From NCBI GenBank assembly GCA_963833575.1, contig CAWHXY010000004.1, positions 672,001-736,000 of the forward strand: a DNA stretch of 64,000 nucleotides, written 5' to 3'. This document shows positions 10,085 through 20,074 of this stretch, one piece after another; positions within the stretch are counted from its first letter, which is position 1, and each line of letters starts with the position of its first letter. The notes beneath the pieces are model-generated. The model saw only the letters and a program-made list of their open reading frames with translations, was not told the DNA's origin and did not search any database. The position numbers and the translations under genes are program-made. This DNA is from Candidatus Bathyarchaeota archaeon. Its GTDB lineage: Archaea; Thermoproteota; Bathyarchaeia; Bathyarchaeales; Bathycorpusculaceae.

Positions 10085-10957
10085 ATGTTATTTGGAGGAC
10101 AAGGATTGAAAGTTGACTTGGTAATGTGGACCTTTAATGGCGAAAAAACACTGGCACTTGTCCTTAATCGTATTAACAAAATTATTCCTAAAGAAATTGT
10201 CAATAATAAAATCATTGTTGACGACGGCAGCAAAGATCAATCAGTTACAATAGCAAAGAATTGCGGATGGACTGTCATCAAGAATGAAGGCAAAGGAATA
10301 AGTGACGGCGCAAATACCGCCCTCAAACACGTCAAAACCGATTATTTTTGCAGCTTTGAACAAGACGTCTTTTTATCTAGCAATTGGTGGAAAGAAATTT
10401 CTAACCTAATAATAAACAAAAAAAGTGTTGCAGCCGCCTGCGGATTGCGTTTCCTACCGCGCAATAATTTTTGTTTCAGTATTGAACCATATCAACTAAC
10501 CAGAAAAAATATTGATTTTTACGGTGGATATGGAAAAACATTAGACAATACAATTTGGAACACAGACGCATTAAGGTCCGTAGGAGGATTTCCAAAAGTC
10601 AATTATGCAGGCATTGACACATTACTTTTCCATTCACTCGACTTAAAAGGTTACAGATGGCTAGTAAATTATGAAGTAACAAGTTTACATTTGCATCAAG
10701 GCGGTCTTTTGAACGAGTTCAAACACTATTATTTTTATGGCTTAAGCTTACCTGAGATTTACAATAGACTCAAGAAGTATAATTTTTATTCAAACGAGAC
10801 TGTGATGCGTTTGTTTCTCAGATTTGCCAAATCACCAATATCTAGCTTTAAGATGGCTTTAAAAATGCATGATTCAAGATTAATGTTCAGTTATCCAATC
10901 ATCAGGTTATGTTGGCTCATAGGATACATTCGCGGAACAAGTTTGAACAGCCCTTGA
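10085..10957 (+). CDS. GT2-family glycosyltransferase
   Basis: IIVDDGSKD, GISDGANTAL, VGGF; the DXD position reads EQD. Confidence 0.88.
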   Translation: MLFGGQGLKVDLVMWTFNGEKTLALVLNRINKIIPKEIVNNKIIVDDGSKDQSVTIAKNCGWTVIKNEGKGISDGANTALKHVKTDYFCSFEQDVFLSSNWWKEISNLIINKKSVAAACGLRFLPRNNFCFSIEPYQLTRKNIDFYGGYGKTLDNTIWNTDALRSVGGFPKVNYAGIDTLLFHSLDLKGYRWLVNYEVTSLHLHQGGLLNEFKHYYFYGLSLPEIYNRLKKYNFYSNETVMRLFLRFAKSPISSFKMALKMHDSRLMFSYPIIRLCWLIGYIRGTSLNSP

Positions 10958-11053
10958 CAATTGAACATCAAAAATCTAATTCAAATATACAAAATATTTT
11001 CTAATTATCAAAGGCGAGAAACTATTTATCGATCGAAAAAACATTAGTGCACT

Positions 11054-11794
11054 ATGCCAACGTGCTCCGAGGCGAATTTTAAGCTTGATCTTGTTATTCC
11101 TACAAGAGAGAAACCAAACGATACATTGCTCCATATTGTAGAACGAATGCCTTGCGCAGGACAAATAATAATCACGACAGAACGACCGCTTAGTATTGCA
11201 CGAAAAAACGCTGTTTTACGAGCTGAAACCGAATGGGTAGCAATGATTGATGATGACATGCTCTTACCAGATAATTGGCTGCAACAAGTTACCGCAAATA
11301 TTGCTCCCAGCGTTGGTGCAATAGGAACAGTCGCAGTTCACAAGAACAAGCATGTTGCAGCTTATGACCGAGTAGTTGGAACCGTAGTTAAGCTAAACAA
11401 GATAGATACTTCGCCTCATATCAATAACGTAATTATTCGACGAAAAATCATGGAAAATTATAATCCACCTTCTTTGTTTTTCGGCGAAGACCAGCAACTT
11501 AAAAGATATGTTGAAAAAACTGGGTACACTTGGAAAGTGCTACCGTTTCTCGGGGCAACACACCTTGGCTCCTCTAAAAACTACGTTTTGATTGGCATAT
11601 CATACAGACGGTATGGTCACTTTTCTGTTTTCCAGCTCGTAAGAAGAATGGTAGCTAGATTTATTTTTACACCATTTGCAGCGATTAATAATCTAAGCTT
11701 TAAGACATTTTGGTACTTGTCTAAACTAAATGTCGAGTTCATAGCTGGTTGGGCAAAGGAGCTTGTTGCTGAAAAATTAAGAGACAGTAAATGA
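11054..11794 (+). CDS. GT2-family glycosyltransferase
   Basis: LVIPT, SIARK, MIDDD (DXD) and GED motifs. Confidence 0.85.
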   Translation: MPTCSEANFKLDLVIPTREKPNDTLLHIVERMPCAGQIIITTERPLSIARKNAVLRAETEWVAMIDDDMLLPDNWLQQVTANIAPSVGAIGTVAVHKNKHVAAYDRVVGTVVKLNKIDTSPHINNVIIRRKIMENYNPPSLFFGEDQQLKRYVEKTGYTWKVLPFLGATHLGSSKNYVLIGISYRRYGHFSVFQLVRRMVARFIFTPFAAINNLSFKTFWYLSKLNVEFIAGWAKELVAEKLRDSK

Positions 11795-11800
11795 AGAAAA

Positions 11801-12676
11801 TTATTGGCACTCTTCAGATTTGCTAGTCTGATGCGTAATTTCGGTCTCTAATGCTTCAGCTCGTGCTTTAACTTTCTCGGCTTCTGCCTGAATGCTTTTG
11901 TCTTTAATTTCTTGCTTACGTTTTTCATTCGATTCCAGAATTAATTGCAAAAACTTCGAGTCATAAACTTCTGACAGTAGTTCAGTGTTAGGTATCAAAC
12001 AGTGCCCACCTATGACTCCTGGAAACATTACAGGTCTATCAAAACGTACACGATGGGTGTCCTCAAGAAAATCAACTGTCTCGTCAAAATCGGCACCGAA
12101 AGCCTTTGAAATTCGATGCATCTCCTGAAAACAAGCTATCATCCACGCACGGTAGGTTGTTTCAAAAAGCTTTGCTAACTCGGTTTCCTTGCAGCTTTTG
12201 AGAACTGTGACTTTTAAGCCCAGTTTCTTAAAGTGGGTACTAGCTTCTTTTGCGGCTTCGGCATTTGCGCCACCGATATATTTTGTCCATCGCTTCATTT
12301 CCCATATCATATGACTATCGTTTATGTGTACGCCGCGTGAGGGTGAATGAGCAACCAGGCACTTGCATTGCTCAGCAATTTTCATTGTTGTACCTGGAGG
12401 AACGGTGCTGTTGATAATTGTGAGGTTTGGCTTGAACTCTTCGATGTAGCCAATTGTTACGTCAGCGAATTTTTGTTCACTACTGCATGGCAAACAAATG
12501 TGCATTGTGTCGATTTTGCTTGGTATGTTTTTTCTTTCTTGTCCAAGTTGCTTCATTTTTGTTTGATCAAGATCCAAGCCGTAAACATCAAAACTTTCTT
12601 TTGCATCTTTCAATAAGGCAAATAGCGTGTGGCCTATCTCACCTATGCCTAATATCAAAACTATTTCTTTATCCAA
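11801..12676 (-). CDS. NDP-sugar (UDP-glucose/GDP-mannose family) dehydrogenase, short form
   Basis: GIGEIG Rossmann motif, NSTVPPGTT, ELAKLFETTYR, catalytic GGHC. Confidence 0.87.
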   Translation of the reverse strand: MDKEIVLILGIGEIGHTLFALLKDAKESFDVYGLDLDQTKMKQLGQERKNIPSKIDTMHICLPCSSEQKFADVTIGYIEEFKPNLTIINSTVPPGTTMKIAEQCKCLVAHSPSRGVHINDSHMIWEMKRWTKYIGGANAEAAKEASTHFKKLGLKVTVLKSCKETELAKLFETTYRAWMIACFQEMHRISKAFGADFDETVDFLEDTHRVRFDRPVMFPGVIGGHCLIPNTELLSEVYDSKFLQLILESNEKRKQEIKDKSIQAEAEKVKARAEALETEITHQTSKSEECQ

Positions 12677-12748
12677 GTGCCCATTCCAGCCTTTGAAAAG
12701 TCAAGTTGATGTTAAACTATTTAAATCTGGAGCTTAACAGGAGAGCTT

Positions 12749-13261
12749 ATGCTAAACCCAAAGAAAGGAATAGGCATCGTTACAGGAGCCAACGTGAAAA
12801 TAGGAATTAACGTCGCCATCTGGAATTACGTTGTAATAGGTGACAACACAAAAATCGGCGACGGAACCCTCATCGGAAGCTTCTGCGACATAGGCAAAGA
12901 TGTGGTTTTAGGCAAAAACTGCAACATACAGGCACATGTAACCATCTCAAACGGTTGCATATTAGGTGATAACGTGTTTATTGCGCCCAACAGCTCGCTT
13001 CTAAACGATAAGTACCCAAAAAGCCCATTCCTGACACCCCCAATCGTTAAGGATAACGCAGTAATTGGCGGAGGTGTCACCATACTACCAGATGTAACAA
13101 TAGGTGAGAAAGCAGTGATCGGAGGGGGAAGCGTGGTCACTAAAAACGTTCCTCCCAGAACTGTATCAGCCGGTGATCCCGCAAAGATTGTTATGACGCT
13201 TGAAGATTATGAAGCCAAACGCGACGCCTTCATTAAAGCAAAATCTAAGGTGAAGAAATGA
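12749..13261 (+). CDS. Hexapeptide-repeat N-acetyltransferase (WbpD-like)
   Basis: Left-handed beta-helix IG repeats; NDKYP; GGGSVVTKNVPP...GDPAK. Confidence 0.9.
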   Translation: MLNPKKGIGIVTGANVKIGINVAIWNYVVIGDNTKIGDGTLIGSFCDIGKDVVLGKNCNIQAHVTISNGCILGDNVFIAPNSSLLNDKYPKSPFLTPPIVKDNAVIGGGVTILPDVTIGEKAVIGGGSVVTKNVPPRTVSAGDPAKIVMTLEDYEAKRDAFIKAKSKVKK

Positions 13262-14241
13262 AAATATGGTATGACGCCTGCACTGGCAAACACGTCAGGT
13301 ATGGTTCAGCTATTGGGCAGCGTCTTAGAAAATCAGGGCATGATTTTATTTTTACAACCCGCGAGCATCCAGACACCATACCGTTAGCCAAAATCCTCGG
13401 AGAAAAACCCATTGTGGTTGGCAAGTACAATCCATCAACGCTTTTCTCTAGACTTGAGGAGAGTGCTGAACGCGTAATGCTGTTTTCCAAGCTCTTCAAA
13501 GATAACCCCCCAGACATTGCCATAGCTCACCAATCTGTCGAGTTATGCCGCACTGCCTACGGTTTAAAAATTCCAATAATCTTGACCGCAGACACGCCTT
13601 ACGCCACTTCAGTTAACAAGTTAACAATTCCCTTCGCACACACAGTCGTAGTTTGCGAAGCCTTGCCCCGTCGTTTCACCGCCGAGAACTGCGCCAAAAA
13701 CGTTGTTCCCTTCAAAGGCGTAGACGAGGTCGCATGGATTAAAGGGTTTAAACCAACAAAAATCCCCAATCTAAAGAAACCTCTGATAGTTATCCGGCAA
13801 GTTGAAACAAAAGCAGCTTACGCAAGCGGCAAAAAAGACAGCGCACAAAGTATCGCTGACAAGCTTTCTGCCTATGGCAATGTGCATTTTATTGAAAGGT
13901 ACAACAATGAGGGAAAATCATTCGGCGTCAAAGATGGTTTTGTTGATTCAGCAAGTTTAGTTTCAAACGCTGACTTGGTGGTCAGCTATGGGGGAACGAT
14001 TGCAAGGGAAGCAGCTCTTCAAGGAGTACCCAGCATAGCTATCTCTGACATGGCTAAAACCTACGTTAACACATATCTCACCAAGAAAGGGTTCCCTCTG
14101 TTTGCCACAACAGAACGCAGTGTGTTGGCGTATGCAAAAAAGTATTTAGGCAAAAGATTCGACATGCAAGCTAATCTTGATGAATTGGAGAGCCCTGTTG
14201 ACGTAATAGAAAAAGTCGTTGAAAGCTTCAAACAGAAGTAA
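13258..14241 (+). CDS. DUF354-family GT-B-fold protein
   Basis: MKIWYD...KHV N-terminus and GGTIAREAALQGVPSI; ATGA overlap with the upstream gene. Confidence 0.85.
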   Translation: MKIWYDACTGKHVRYGSAIGQRLRKSGHDFIFTTREHPDTIPLAKILGEKPIVVGKYNPSTLFSRLEESAERVMLFSKLFKDNPPDIAIAHQSVELCRTAYGLKIPIILTADTPYATSVNKLTIPFAHTVVVCEALPRRFTAENCAKNVVPFKGVDEVAWIKGFKPTKIPNLKKPLIVIRQVETKAAYASGKKDSAQSIADKLSAYGNVHFIERYNNEGKSFGVKDGFVDSASLVSNADLVVSYGGTIAREAALQGVPSIAISDMAKTYVNTYLTKKGFPLFATTERSVLAYAKKYLGKRFDMQANLDELESPVDVIEKVVESFKQK

Positions 14242-15001
14242 CTGTGATTTTATCGCCTACTTTCAAATTAAACTTGCCCGCTGCGCTTCCCTGGTTTATT
14301 GCTATTTCGACAAACCCAGAGCTTCCAATCAAAACAATGGGCTTATTTGGATCTGCGTCCGAATAGGCTTTTCCGCGTTTGACCTTTATTGAAACCTCGG
14401 GAAACCGTACATTGATAATTTTAGAATCCAGCATTTTTTCTTCTTTTATGTTAGTCACAATGTTGCCGAAGCCATCGACGTATATTATTTCACTGGTCAA
14501 AACGCTGCTAATTTGTTGGGGTTCAGAGAAGTTGAGTGCAACTGGATTTTTTATTTCTTGTCCAAACTCGCTTATTTTAACGCCTTTGTCTACGTAGGCT
14601 GCAGTTGGTGCAAAAATGTCTCTTCCATGAAAAGTGTTAGAAGAGTGAGGAAGCATCAAATTGGGGTTTGAAAGTTCACAGATGTTTTCTATTCCTTGGG
14701 TTTTGGCTGCTAACATTAAAATTCCGTTGTCAGGTCCTACAAAATAAGCTCTCTTGGTTTGGATGATTATGGCGCGTCTTTCCGTTCCCACCCCAGGGTC
14801 TACCACAGCTAAATGAACAGTGTCTTTGGGAAAGTACGGAACCGCTGAAGCCAACGTGAAAGCCGCCATTTTAATGTTGAACTTTTCAATATCATGAGTT
14901 ATGTCGATTATTGTGGCTTTTGGATTTAGTGTCAGGATGGCGCCTTTCATTTCCCCAACGTATGGATCTTTTAATCCAAAGTCACTAATCAGAGTTATCA
15001 T
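14228..15001 (-). CDS. SAM hydroxide adenosyltransferase / chlorinase-like (DUF62)
   Basis: ITLISDFG..D.YV..MKG, VVDPGVGTER, GPDNG, TFHGRDIF, DGFGN. Confidence 0.93.
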   Translation of the reverse strand: MITLISDFGLKDPYVGEMKGAILTLNPKATIIDITHDIEKFNIKMAAFTLASAVPYFPKDTVHLAVVDPGVGTERRAIIIQTKRAYFVGPDNGILMLAAKTQGIENICELSNPNLMLPHSSNTFHGRDIFAPTAAYVDKGVKISEFGQEIKNPVALNFSEPQQISSVLTSEIIYVDGFGNIVTNIKEEKMLDSKIINVRFPEVSIKVKRGKAYSDADPNKPIVLIGSSGFVEIAINQGSAAGKFNLKVGDKITVTSV

Positions 15002-15006
15002 AAACG

Positions 15007-15291
15007 TTAACCGCCGTGTACAACAGGAACGAAAACGATTTCGTCACCGTCGTCTAATTTGGTTTCTAAACCATTCAGAACGCTGATTTCCCGACCATTT
15101 ACAAGTATTAAAGAATTTGATCTTGAATCGTTGAGTTGCTGGTCACTGAAGGTTTTTTTCAGCGCGGGCAATTCTTGACTAAGTTTGACTAGTAAGTCTT
15201 TTAGCGATATGCCTTCTTGATAATTAAGGGTTAACTGTGTTTTACTTGAGATGTGGCGTAATGCACCGATGAATTTTATGGTCAGAGTCAT
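15007..15291 (-). CDS. Ubiquitin-like sulfur carrier (MoaD/SAMP family)
   Basis: ILVNG...LETKLDDGDEI and C-terminal PVVHGG. Confidence 0.92.
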   Translation of the reverse strand: MTLTIKFIGALRHISSKTQLTLNYQEGISLKDLLVKLSQELPALKKTFSDQQLNDSRSNSLILVNGREISVLNGLETKLDDGDEIVFVPVVHGG

Positions 15292-15359
15292 TTAGTCGCT
15301 TCACTTCAATCTATAGAATCAGATTATGTTAAATTATTTTTGCAGTTCTAAGAGTTACT

Positions 15360-15737
15360 TTAAAAGTTCTGGAATCTTTCTTCAGTTAAAGTTTCCACAA
15401 TGTCAGTTGCAATGCCAACGATTGAGTCAGCTTGCTTCATCATTGCATCGCCGTTCACTTCTTCTAACTGTGAAATTTGCTGTATAATACTTTCAATTTC
15501 AATTAGAAAACGTAGAATTGAATCGTTTGTATTTGGATTTTTAGTTACCTCTTCCCGAATAAGTATTTCTATGAAAGCTGGTTCACCAAGGCTATAGTAA
15601 ATAGCGTTTCTTGCTTTCCTTATGGCTTCCAAAACTAAGCCAGGCGCCATATAAGGTATTTTTCGCGCTGCTTCCAATTCAGCCTTTGCTTCGCGCAGAT
15701 ATCTTAGCGCCCAACCTTTTCTATACTCATCCATCAT
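15360..15737 (-). CDS. Hypothetical all-helical protein, HEPN-like N-terminus
   Basis: ALRYLREAKAELEAA resembles HEPN helix 1; no adjacent nucleotidyltransferase. Confidence 0.55.
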   Translation of the reverse strand: MMDEYRKGWALRYLREAKAELEAARKIPYMAPGLVLEAIRKARNAIYYSLGEPAFIEILIREEVTKNPNTNDSILRFLIEIESIIQQISQLEEVNGDAMMKQADSIVGIATDIVETLTEERFQNF

Positions 15738-15763
15738 AGAAGTTACTTTTCCAAAATTGCTAG

Positions 15764-16003
15764 TTAATCCGATTCTTCTTCGTCGTCTCCATCATCAGAG
15801 TCAATTGCATTGTCTGTTTGAGCTAATGCTTTGGTACGGGTTATGTATCCAGCTATCTGGTTTCTTACTCGCGTGGTTGTGCCTTTCGTCAAATTATCAA
15901 CTGAACGTTTGTTTTCATCAAAGCTGATGGTAAATGTGGTTGGAAATCGACGCATGAGTTCTTTGCCTGCTCGTTTAACTTGATCAGTCTTTACTTTTCC
16001 CAA
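15764..16003 (-). CDS. rps17e: 30S ribosomal protein S17e
   Basis: MGKVKT..VKR...F..NK...VRNQIAGYIT; TTG start. Confidence 0.95.
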   Translation of the reverse strand: MGKVKTDQVKRAGKELMRRFPTTFTISFDENKRSVDNLTKGTTTRVRNQIAGYITRTKALAQTDNAIDSDDGDDEEESD

Positions 16004-16463
16004 ATTTCAATTCCTCGGAATTATCAATATTTTAAGTTGTCCGTCGCTTAAAAGCGTAGGAGCAATTCTCAATAGATAACAGGCTTAATTTAAGCTTACG
16101 GCTTACATTGCCAGATTAACTGAGCGATTAAAGACAGATACACTATTATTTAGAGAAACATGCCGTGGAAATCCTACCAGTAAGCTAGTTAGTCATTTGC
16201 AGTTTTTAGTCTGAGATTTTTGTTTGTGTTTTTGATTGCTTTTTTAATTTAGGGCTTGAATTGTTTGCAGGTTGCGTCTAGAAGTGTCCCGAATTGTCCC
16301 TAGAAATTCTACAACCAAGAGATATTCTCAGTTTTGAAGCTGCTTAATTTGAACAGCTTGAATTCAATTCTTTTTAGCTTCAGCGATTAGAATTTTTATA
16401 GGTTAAATGGAAAAAGTTAGTTGTGGCTAGATTTAGGATCTGCAAATTTTCTGAGATGCTTGG

Positions 16464-17237
16464 TTAGTTTAGCTTTATGTTAAAGAAAGTCTCAAAGTTT
16501 TTGGCGATTTGTTCTGAAACAGCCTCAATCTGCATTTTCTTGATCTCAGCCACAGCTTCTACGACGTTGTGTATGAAAGAAGGCTTGGTTAATTGTCCGT
16601 TGTATGGGCGTTTCCAATAGGTTACGGGGCCGTCTGTTTCTGTTAAAAAGTTTGTCAGAGGCACTTTCTCTACGACTTCTCGGATGCCGTTGGAGTAAGT
16701 CACTGGCGGACCTTCAGTGATAAAGTATCCTTCGTCCATGGCTTTGTCTAAGGCGCTCATTGGATGACTAAACCAGTGTAACAGCACCTGTTTCAGACGG
16801 TAAGATGGAAGTATTTCAACAACTTTGTCGGTTGTACCTCTTGAATGAATAACTACGGGAAGCTCAAGTGTTTCAGCAAGCTTTAGCATTCTGTCAAAGA
16901 CCATAGTTTGTTTTTCCCAAATTGTTTCGTACTTATAGTCTAAACCGATTTCACCAATTGCTTTTATGTTGTTTTTTTGTTTTTGGATAAAATCGATTGT
17001 TTCTTCAAGCTCGTTCTCTTTAAGGACGTTAACGTTCCATGGATGAATACCTAAAGCGGGGTAAACTAGGTTTGGGTATTTCTCTGCAAGAAGAATATCA
17101 TTTTGGCAGGTCTTGAAATCCATCGAATTTGTAACTAATGCCATTACACCTGCAGTTTTTGCATCTGCTATGAGCTCATCAATATGACCAATATATTCTG
17201 CATCTGAAAGGTGAACATGCGCATCTATTAGCTTCAT
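16464..17237 (-). CDS. tatD: TatD-family DNase (start trimmed to MKLIDAHVH)
   Basis: DAHVH, GIHP, AIGEIGLDY, IHSR, ETDGP. Confidence 0.93.
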   Translation of the reverse strand: MKLIDAHVHLSDAEYIGHIDELIADAKTAGVMALVTNSMDFKTCQNDILLAEKYPNLVYPALGIHPWNVNVLKENELEETIDFIQKQKNNIKAIGEIGLDYKYETIWEKQTMVFDRMLKLAETLELPVVIHSRGTTDKVVEILPSYRLKQVLLHWFSHPMSALDKAMDEGYFITEGPPVTYSNGIREVVEKVPLTNFLTETDGPVTYWKRPYNGQLTKPSFIHNVVEAVAEIKKMQIEAVSEQIAKNFETFFNIKLN

Positions 17238-17384
17238 TTTTCTCAGCGCTAATATAATCTTAGCATTTTTATAATTTTCTTCTCTCATCAACCAAGTTTT
17301 ATGTCAAGGATAATTTAAAGAAAAAAGCGACAACAAAGGTTAAATATTGCTTTAAAATGAAAAAGAAGCAACGGAGATGTCTTT

Positions 17385-17606
17385 ATGACCGATTTAGAAA
17401 TAGCTGTAGCGCCCATGCACAGATTATGCAAAAAAGCCGGCGCCGATAGAGTAAGTGAAGCAGCAGCAAAAGAACTTGCAAAAGCACTTGAAGAAATTGG
17501 TGTCAAGATTGCTAAAGAAGCATTGGATTTTGCGATGCACGCTGGCAGAAAAACCATAAAATCTGAAGATATAGAGATTGCAGCAAAAAAAGTCATGGGA
17601 AAATAA
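17385..17606 (+). CDS. Archaeal histone (HMf-like)
   Basis: [14 protein letters not shown]...[12 protein letters not shown] histone fold; GGAG ribosome-binding site upstream. Confidence 0.95.
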   Translation: MTDLEIAVAPMHRLCKKAGADRVSEAAAKELAKALEEIGVKIAKEALDFAMHAGRKTIKSEDIEIAAKKVMGK

Positions 17607-17619
17607 TAATCTAATAATA

Positions 17620-17645
17620 GTTTTTCTCCCTTTCTTCTTTTTTGT
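17620..17645 (+). terminator. Pyrimidine/oligo-T tract downstream of the histone gene
   Basis: gtttttctccctttcttctttttttg follows the stop codon. Confidence 0.5.
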
Positions 17646-17699
17646 AGTCGTTAACTCATTTATGACGTTTTCAAAAGAATAAATATAAAACTTAGCTTT

Positions 17700-18452
17700 T
17701 CAAGCAGTTGCTGAAGAATCCCAAAGGAACTGGAAATATTCACGGGCGAAACCAACCAAACCTACATGATTACTCCATATGACCAGTGTAGGTTTGTCTT
17801 CACCCAGAAAAAGCATAGCTTCTTTGCCATCAGCAATTACACCACCTCCAAACATGTGATCTCTTATACGTAGCTCTTTCAAACCAGTGTATTTTCTCAA
17901 GAAAAGCCAGTCTTCTTTTTTCCCAGCAGCCATGAGTTTAACGCTAACAGTTTTTTTTAAGCCGTTACCCAGCAATGGTTCAGCTAAAGCAATTACTGGT
18001 TTAGCAAACTCTGGTGCTGCAATTACAACTTCTTTGGTAGCTTTGGTTAAGACTTCTTCAAGTTTTCCGAGAACGGCTTGTTGACCACGCAGTATAAGCA
18101 TGTCTGGTCGCTCGATGAGTTCTCGTTTTTCATATAACGGTTGAAGCGTTTCAGTGACAGTATTTTCCCAACTCAAGTATTTATCCTCAAGCCGCATCTT
18201 CGTGGATCTTGTCGCTTCGAGAGGCGGAACGGGGTAATATTTGAAGGGGCGACTCTCGTTGCTCTTTATCCAACCCTTTTCTTTAAGGGAGTTAAGAACT
18301 TCATAGATTTTACTATAGGGCACTTTGGCTTCTTGACTTATCTCCATAGCGGTCATTTGACCGCCGCCTAACAATATTATGTAAGCGTCAATTTCGTAGG
18401 CGTTTAAGCCCATTTCTCTCAAAGCGGCTCGAGTGTTCTCGTTAATTGCCAT
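17700..18452 (-). CDS. TrmB-family transcriptional regulator
   Basis: LREMGLNAYE.DAY..LL...TAMEISQEAKVPYSKIYEVLNSL.EKG winged HTH, followed by an effector domain. Confidence 0.92.
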   Translation of the reverse strand: MAINENTRAALREMGLNAYEIDAYIILLGGGQMTAMEISQEAKVPYSKIYEVLNSLKEKGWIKSNESRPFKYYPVPPLEATRSTKMRLEDKYLSWENTVTETLQPLYEKRELIERPDMLILRGQQAVLGKLEEVLTKATKEVVIAAPEFAKPVIALAEPLLGNGLKKTVSVKLMAAGKKEDWLFLRKYTGLKELRIRDHMFGGGVIADGKEAMLFLGEDKPTLVIWSNHVGLVGFAREYFQFLWDSSATA

Positions 18453-18534
18453 ATTCTCCCCTCAATCACCTTATGAAACGTCTGGAAACCTTATTATCAT
18501 TACGTTTGCACTTAAGCCCTTCTAAAGCGCTTAG

Positions 18535-20040
18535 ATGTTAGAAGGCAAAAAAATGAAAGATATCAAACCTACAAGAAGCATTTGTCCTGAATGCCTAAAG
18601 GCTATAGATGCAACAATTTACGAAGACGACGGTAAAGTCTTTATCAAAAAAGAATGCCCCGAACATGGGCCTTTTCAAGAACTCTACTGGTCAGACTATG
18701 ACCAATATGTGCGGGCAGAAAAGTTCCGCTTTGACGGTGACGGAATAAGTAATCCGCGAACCGAGAAAAAAAATAGTTGCCCAAACGACTGCGGCATATG
18801 TCCCGAGCACAAATCGCATACTGCACTAGCAATAATCGATGTCACAAACAGGTGCAATCTTACTTGCCCAGTTTGTTTTGCGAATGCGGCTGCTGCGGGA
18901 TACGTTTACGAACCAACGAAAGAACAGATTACTGGAATGCTGGAGAACCTTCGAGCCAACAAACCCGTGGCAGCCACAGCGCTTCAGTTCTCTGGCGGAG
19001 AACCGACAATACGCAAAGAACTCCCTGATTTCGTTCGAAAAGCAAAAGAGCTTGGTTTCAGCCATGTGGAGGTTAATACCAATGGGCTTCGACTTTCACA
19101 AAGCGTAGAATACTGCAAAGAACTCAAAGAGGCTGGCGTAAGCACTATTTACCTCCAATTTGACGGGTTAACTTCAGATGTTTTCAAGTTTATCCGTGGA
19201 GTTGATTTGCTTGACATTAAAATGAAGGCTATTGAGAACCTTCGTGCGGCAGGATTCAACAGCGTCGTGTTAGTTGTCACGTTAGTAAAGGGTGTAAACG
19301 ATCATCAACTTGGAGACATTGTGAACTTCGCAGTCAAAAACTTTGATGTTGTAAGATGCATCAATGTTCAACCTGTAAGCTTATGCGGGCGTTTGCCGCA
19401 AAAAGATCGGGAAAAGATGCGTATCACAATCCCAGACTTCATGAAAAAAGTTGAAGAGCAAACCAGTGGCATGATTAAAACCTCAGACTTCTACCCAGTA
19501 CCTTCAGTGGCGATAGTGTCTAAAGCTGTTGGCGCATTAAAAAATAGACGATACCTCGAGTTCACTGCTCACCCGCACTGCGGCATGGCAACATATCTCA
19601 TGATTGACAAAGGCAAAGTGAAAACCATCGGTGAAATGGCAAATGTTGACGCTTTCTTTGCTGGAATGAGAGATGTTTACGAAAAAGCATCCAGTGGACA
19701 TAAAACAAGAGCATATTTATCTTTGCTTGGCACCGTTCGCCATCTAAAGTTCAGCACCCTACGAAAAGTGTTCCCCGTAGTTACGAAAGGCGATTACAAA
19801 TCTCTTGGCGACCTACAAAGGCAATCAATTTTGCTCTCAGCGATGCATTTCATGGATCCATATAACTTTGACCTTGAAAGAGTGCAACGCTGCCTAATCC
19901 ACTATGCCGTACCAGATGGGCGCATAATTCCGTTCTGCACCATGAACTCCATTCATAGAACTGAAGTTGAAAAGAAACTTGGTGTCCCAATCAAAGAATG
20001 GAAGGCACAACATAAAGTTGAAATAAGCCAACCATTCTAG
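18535..20040 (+). CDS. tes: Radical SAM enzyme, tetraether lipid synthase (Tes/GDGT-MAS, MJ0619 family)
   Basis: N-terminal CPEC...CPEHG and CPNDCGICPEH, CNLTCPVC radical SAM motif, HPHCG, MHFMDPYNFDLERVQRC, IIPFC. Confidence 0.85.
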   Translation: MLEGKKMKDIKPTRSICPECLKAIDATIYEDDGKVFIKKECPEHGPFQELYWSDYDQYVRAEKFRFDGDGISNPRTEKKNSCPNDCGICPEHKSHTALAIIDVTNRCNLTCPVCFANAAAAGYVYEPTKEQITGMLENLRANKPVAATALQFSGGEPTIRKELPDFVRKAKELGFSHVEVNTNGLRLSQSVEYCKELKEAGVSTIYLQFDGLTSDVFKFIRGVDLLDIKMKAIENLRAAGFNSVVLVVTLVKGVNDHQLGDIVNFAVKNFDVVRCINVQPVSLCGRLPQKDREKMRITIPDFMKKVEEQTSGMIKTSDFYPVPSVAIVSKAVGALKNRRYLEFTAHPHCGMATYLMIDKGKVKTIGEMANVDAFFAGMRDVYEKASSGHKTRAYLSLLGTVRHLKFSTLRKVFPVVTKGDYKSLGDLQRQSILLSAMHFMDPYNFDLERVQRCLIHYAVPDGRIIPFCTMNSIHRTEVEKKLGVPIKEWKAQHKVEISQPF

Positions 20041-20074
20041 ATGTTGAGAACATAAAATATCAAAGTGAAAATTT

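Noticed and set aside
16004-16463. 460-bp spacer with short repeats (GAAnTGTCCC twice; AAGCTG...CAGCTT)
   Set aside because: No SRP RNA, RNase P RNA, tRNA or ORB signature recognised; the repeats are too short to call.
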